A stretch of 64,000 nucleotides of DNA from an uncultured Chloroflexia bacterium (lineage in GTDB: Bacteria; Chloroflexota; Anaerolineae; CG2-30-64-16): contig CAWEMM010000013.1 in the NCBI GenBank assembly GCA_963810095.1, positions 1 through 64,000 of the forward strand, given 5' to 3'. The notes under the pieces were generated by a model that did no database searches, was not told where the DNA came from, and worked only from the letters and a program-made list of their open reading frames with translations. Position 1 is the stretch's first letter. Each line of letters begins with the position of its first letter. A program made the translations under genes and the position numbers. Below are positions 59,567 to 64,000 of this stretch, one piece after another.

Positions 59567-60448
59567 GTGAACTGGACGCTGCTCGTTAACCGGATCTCCG
59601 AGCAACCTTGGCTTGACAGCGGCGCGGATGCCGTGAAGGGCGCGGTGCATAAGTTCTACGAAGGACTGGGATCGGCCTCGGTCCCCGTCCGCAACTTCCT
59701 GCATGGCGTCTGGCTGGGCCACCCGCTGCACCCAGTCATCACGGACATCGTGGTTGGGGCGTACACTGCTACCGCCGTCCTCGACGTGGCCGAGGCGATC
59801 GGCGGCGAGAAGCAGATTGCACCTGCGAACGACATCGTGCTCGCCACCGGCATCGCAAGTGGCTTGAGCGCGGCCGCGGCCGGGATCACCGATTGGCATG
59901 TGCTGAAGGGCACGCCGAAGCGGATCGGCTTCCTGCACATGCTGTTGAATCTGTCTGCCACCGTCCTGTACATCTTCTCATTCATCGCGCGGAAGTCGGG
60001 CAATCGCGGGCTGGGCCGCGCCCTGGGCTGGACCGCGTACGGCACGATCTTTGGCGGCGCGTACCTGGGGGGACACCTGGTGTTCGTCAACAACATCGGC
60101 GTGGACCATGCGGCCGAATGGGAACAGACCGACGAGTACCGCCAGGTGATGCCCGAGGCCGATTTGGCGCAGGGCGAGCTGCGCAAGGTGATGCTGAACG
60201 AGACTCCGGTCGTCTTGATTCGCCATGGGCGGGTAATCACCGCCATGTCTGACAGCTGCGCGCACGAAGGGTGTTCCCTGGCGGAGAGGGGCGAACTCGA
60301 CGACGACACGATCCGCTGCACGTGCCACGGCTCGTGCTACCGGCTGGCCGACGGCCAGGTGCTCGAGGGTCCCTCGGCCCATCCCCAGCCTGTCTACGAC
60401 GTGCGCGTGCGAGGCGGCCAGATCGAAGTGCGCCAGCCGAGCGAGTAG
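59567..60448 (+). CDS. DUF2231 membrane domain + Rieske [2Fe-2S] fusion
   Basis: WLGHPLHP, G..DW, H, YLGGHLV; Rieske CAHEGC...CTCHGS. Confidence 0.88.
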   Translation: MNWTLLVNRISEQPWLDSGADAVKGAVHKFYEGLGSASVPVRNFLHGVWLGHPLHPVITDIVVGAYTATAVLDVAEAIGGEKQIAPANDIVLATGIASGLSAAAAGITDWHVLKGTPKRIGFLHMLLNLSATVLYIFSFIARKSGNRGLGRALGWTAYGTIFGGAYLGGHLVFVNNIGVDHAAEWEQTDEYRQVMPEADLAQGELRKVMLNETPVVLIRHGRVITAMSDSCAHEGCSLAERGELDDDTIRCTCHGSCYRLADGQVLEGPSAHPQPVYDVRVRGGQIEVRQPSE

Positions 60449-60464
60449 GACTCAAAGGGCCGGA

Positions 60465-60559
60465 ACGGGACGCAGATTAAACTGATGGAACTGATCGACA
60501 TGATCCTTTTGCAGGAAGATCAATCCGGATCAGTCAGATCAGTTCAATCTGCGTCCTAT
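60465..60559. repeat. Family A palindromic element, copy 6
   Basis: GGGACGCAGAT-TAAACTGAT-GGAACTGAT-CGACATGATC...GATCAGTTCAATCTGCGTCCTAT. Confidence 0.82.
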
Positions 60560-60602
60560 CCCTGATCACCCGACGGGAAGTACTGGACGAAGGGAAGTAT
60601 TG

Positions 60603-61651
60603 ATGAAGTTATTGCCGGTTAGTCAGCAGGTTGTCGTCCTGTTCGGCGCATCGAGCGGGATCGGGCGGGAGACCGCGCTGCAGTTTGGGGCCCGCGGGGC
60701 AAAGGTTGTCGTTGCCGCTCGGCGGAAGGACGCACTGGAGTCGCTCGCCGAGGAGATCCGCCTGGCAGGAGGCGTCTGCCTACCTGTTGTGGCCGAAGCG
60801 ACGGACTTTGCGCAGGTCAAGGCGGTTGCCGAAAATGCCGCGAAGCATTTCGGCCGCATCGACACGTGGGTGCAGTTGGCCGCAGTGTCGCTCTATGCGC
60901 CCTTCGAGCAGCACGAACCCGAGGAGTTCCACCGGATTATCGACGTGAACCTGGTCGGCGCGGCCTATGCGGCGCGGGCCGCACTCCCGCACCTCAAGGC
61001 TTCGGGCGGCGGCGCCTTGATCATGGTCACGTCCATCGAGTCGGTGCAGGCAATCCCGTTCCATGCCGCCTATGCCGCCTCCAAGCACGGGTTACGGGCG
61101 ATGGCCGAGGTTATCCGCATGGAGCTGGCGGCCGAGGGCGCACCCGTGAGCGTCACCAATGTCATGCCCGCATCGATCGACACGCCGTTCTTCGAGGTGG
61201 CCAAGACAAAACTCGGCGTCAAGCCGCGCGGCGTGCCTCCGGTCTATGAACCCGACGTGGTGGCGCGCACGATCCTGTTTGCGGCGGAGCACCCTTCCGC
61301 GACCTGGCTGCGGGCGGAGCGGGCAAGAGCTTCATCTGGCTCAAACGTTTGTCGCCTTCGGCCGCAGACCGCTTGATGGCGTGGGCCGGGTTCACGATGC
61401 AGAAGACAGACGAGCAGAAGGGTCCGGACGCGCCGAACAACCTGTTCGAGCCGGTCGAAGGCGGCCCGGTAGGCCCACAGGGCTCGCTGAGTAAGGAAGC
61501 GCGTTCGTGGAGCGTATACACGTGGTGGGAAACCCATCCGGTGGCGCACTGGGCCGGCCGGGTGCTGGCGGCGGCCGGGCTGGGCGCGCTGGTATTCCGG
61601 GTTTGGGGCTCGAAGACAATGCGGGGTTGGAGCGCGAAGCCGCGCAGGTGA
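60603..61651 (+). CDS. SDR oxidoreductase with membrane-anchor tail (apparent frameshift near 61300)
   Basis: GASSGIG, YAASK, PASIDTPFF; tail PNNLFEP...SWSVYT in the next frame. Confidence 0.87.
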
Positions 61652-61857
61652 CGAAGCCGAGCGCGTAGAATCTATCCGAAAAATGCTCTGGCCGGTCTCG
61701 TACGACAACTTGGCTGGCGCCCAGGCCAGACGGGGCACGGTCAGAGACCGGCCCCAGCTAATCCTCGGATAGATACTTAGCGTTCGGGCCGCTCGCGGAC
61801 ACGGGTCGGGGTGGCGCCCTAATCTTTGCGCGAGGGGAACGAGAAGGAGTAAGTGCA

Positions 61858-62772
61858 GTGATTCGATTTCGAAAACAAGGCGAAAACGAGGGCTGGGTGA
61901 ATGTGGGCAAGACCGAACGCCAGCTGTCCGCGGTGCTGGGCGTCCTGCTGCTGGGCTCGCTGCTGTTGAAACGGGGCGAGGGTGTGTGGCGGTGGGTCCG
62001 CCTTGCGTTGGGCCTGGTCATGGTGGAACGGGCGGCGACCGGCTTCTGCACCCCCTATAAGCTGCTTGGCATTACCAGTGTCGAGCCCGAGGAGGGCCGG
62101 GTGGTGAGCCTGCCGCTGAAGCGCGGCATCGAGATCGAGCGCTCGGTGACCGTGAACAAGCCCCGTGACGAGGTGTACGCCTTCTGGCGCGACCTCGCCA
62201 ACCTGCCTCGTTTCATGCGCCATCTGGAGTCGGTGACCGAGGCGGGCGCGCGCTCGCACTGGGTGGCCAAGGCGCCGCTGCAGGTGGAATGGGACGCCGA
62301 GATCACCGCAGAACGTCCGGGTGAGCTGATCGGGTGGCGGTCGATCGAGGGGTCGACGGTGCGTAATGCGGGCAGCGTGCGTTTCAAGGACGCGCCGGGC
62401 GGCAAAGGCACGGAGGTGCATGTCTACCTGGAGTATCAGCCCGTTGGCGGCCCGGCGGGGGCAGCCGCGGCCAAGCTCATCAAGCAAATCACCCTGACGC
62501 AGATCAGGATGGACATGGGCCGGTTCAAGGCCATCCTGGAAGCCGACGAGGCGCCTACGACCGAAGGTCAGACGTCCGGACGGGAGAAGCTGAAGCCGGG
62601 TGACCAGGGCGTACACCAGCAGTTTGAGCGCCGCAAGGACAAGGTAAACCTGGCCTCGGCCGAGTCCTTCCCGGCGAGCGACTCGCCCTCATGGACAGGC
62701 GGAGTGGTTGGCGCGGACGAAGAGCTGCGCGACCAGGGCAGTCTGCCCACACAGGGAGGGCTGCAAGAATGA
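61858..62772 (+). CDS. DUF2892 + SRPBCC protein with C-terminal SFPASD motif
   Basis: NVGKTER...TGFCTPY..LG; [15 protein letters not shown]; [11 protein letters not shown]. Confidence 0.85.
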   Translation: MIRFRKQGENEGWVNVGKTERQLSAVLGVLLLGSLLLKRGEGVWRWVRLALGLVMVERAATGFCTPYKLLGITSVEPEEGRVVSLPLKRGIEIERSVTVNKPRDEVYAFWRDLANLPRFMRHLESVTEAGARSHWVAKAPLQVEWDAEITAERPGELIGWRSIEGSTVRNAGSVRFKDAPGGKGTEVHVYLEYQPVGGPAGAAAAKLIKQITLTQIRMDMGRFKAILEADEAPTTEGQTSGREKLKPGDQGVHQQFERRKDKVNLASAESFPASDSPSWTGGVVGADEELRDQGSLPTQGGLQE

Positions 62773-63941
62773 AGGCGCTTTGTTGGTGGGGGCCCGGTGT
62801 CGTCAAGGTCGAGACGGTGCCCGATCCGCAGATCATTAACCCGACGGACGCCATCATCCAAGTGACGGCGGCCGCGGTGTGCGGGTCTGACCTGCACCTG
62901 TACGACGGCTACATCCCTTCCGTCGAGAAGGGCGACGTTCTGGGACATGAGACCGTCGGCGTCGTGGTCGATGTAGGGCCCGAGGTGCACAATCTGCATC
63001 TGGGCCAGCGGGTCGTGGTGCCGTTCCCGATCTCGTGCGGCCGGTGCTGGTATTGCCAGAACGGCCTGTGGTCGCTGTGTGACAACAGCAACCCGAACGC
63101 ATGGATGGCCGAGAAGATGTGGGGTTATTCACCCGCCGGCATCTTCGGGTACTCACACATGCTCGGCGGCTATGCGGGCGGGCAGGCCCAGTATCTCCGC
63201 GTGCCCTTTGCCGACGTCGGCCCGCTGCCCCTGCCCGACACGCTGAGCTCGGAGGCCGCAGTCATGCTGGCCGACGTCTTTCCGACCGGCTACCAGGCCG
63301 CTGAGTACGCAAACATCCAGCCGGGCGACACAGTGGCAGTGTTCGGCTGCGGTCCAGTCGGCCAGTTTGCCATCCGCAGTGCTTTCATGCTCGGGGCCGA
63401 GCGGGTGATTGCGATCGATCGCATCGCCGAGCGGTTGCGGATGGCACGCGAGGGCGGGGCCGAGGCGGTGAACTACGAGAATGTGGAGATCATCGAGGCC
63501 CTGCGCGAGATGACCGGCGGCCGGGGTCCCGATTCGTGCATCGAGGCCGTGGGCATGGAGGCGCACGATATGGGATTCGAGGGCGCCGTCGACCGGGTGA
63601 AGCAGGCGGTGCGCCTCGAGACCGGCCGGCCCCACGCACTGCGAGCGGCGATTGTGTCGGTTCGCAAGGGCGGCACGGTTTCGATCCCCGGCGTGTTTGG
63701 CGGCCTGGTCGACAGCATCCCGATGGGCGCGGTGGTCAACAAAGCCCTGACCCTGCGCAGCGGGCAGACGCACGTGCATAAGTACCTGCGCCCGCTGCTG
63801 CGCCGGATCGAGGCAGGTGAGATCGATCCTGCGTTCGTCGTGACGCACCGCCTGAGCCTTGACGAGGCCCCGAAGGCCTACGACATCTTCAAGCACAAGG
63901 AAGACGAGTGCATCAAGTGCGTGCTGAGTCCGCAGATGTAA
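62769..63941 (+). CDS. Zn-dependent alcohol/formaldehyde dehydrogenase (YbdR/Fdh-like)
   Basis: CGSDLH, GHE, CGRCWYC...C and GCGPVG; ATGA overlap with upstream gene. Confidence 0.92.
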   Translation: MKALCWWGPGVVKVETVPDPQIINPTDAIIQVTAAAVCGSDLHLYDGYIPSVEKGDVLGHETVGVVVDVGPEVHNLHLGQRVVVPFPISCGRCWYCQNGLWSLCDNSNPNAWMAEKMWGYSPAGIFGYSHMLGGYAGGQAQYLRVPFADVGPLPLPDTLSSEAAVMLADVFPTGYQAAEYANIQPGDTVAVFGCGPVGQFAIRSAFMLGAERVIAIDRIAERLRMAREGGAEAVNYENVEIIEALREMTGGRGPDSCIEAVGMEAHDMGFEGAVDRVKQAVRLETGRPHALRAAIVSVRKGGTVSIPGVFGGLVDSIPMGAVVNKALTLRSGQTHVHKYLRPLLRRIEAGEIDPAFVVTHRLSLDEAPKAYDIFKHKEDECIKCVLSPQM

Positions 63942-64000
63942 CGGTGCATCACGCACGAAACCTGGTTTCTAGCACGTATAGATGAGGGAGGAAGAAATGA

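Noticed and set aside
8358-60559. Repeats as a CRISPR array
   Set aside because: Copies are dispersed single palindromes without repeat-spacer periodicity, and no cas genes are present

Overview
High-GC bacterial chromosomal window. Gene content suggests Chloroflexota (Anaerolineae/Caldilineae-like); this is an inference. It carries about 50 CDS and a tRNA-Glu(CTC), with no CRISPR array, rRNA or intact transposase. Main blocks, left to right: (1) a phasin-like/RDD/squalene-synthase/ABC1-kinase operon; (2) a ParB-like/His-phosphatase/DUF3090/SCO1664-kinase run; (3) a LysM-PA14 gene divergent from tyrS; (4) a DeoR-linked fused-E1/E2/transaldolase locus near a PEPCK-like DUF4914 gene; (5) scattered redox and detox genes, including a missed UGA-containing (U-x-x-C) thioredoxin-like lipoprotein, probably a selenoprotein; (6) a complete alternative complex III plus caa3 oxidase operon; (7) a TIGR03960/TIGR03936-like radical SAM pair with a tRNA T-arm mimic in its leader; (8) a 12-kb general-stress/desiccation island (YciF, repeat proteins, RecQ, TopIB, SRPBCC, Rieske, SDR, Zn-ADH). 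Three stress-type genes share a GGA[G/T]C-N17-CGTT ECF-like promoter. At least two families of short palindromic repeats sit between genes; one has a 9-nt internal period and supplies stop codons, and another has invaded a coding sequence. About 13 single-base frameshifts in conserved genes are most simply read as long-read indel errors.
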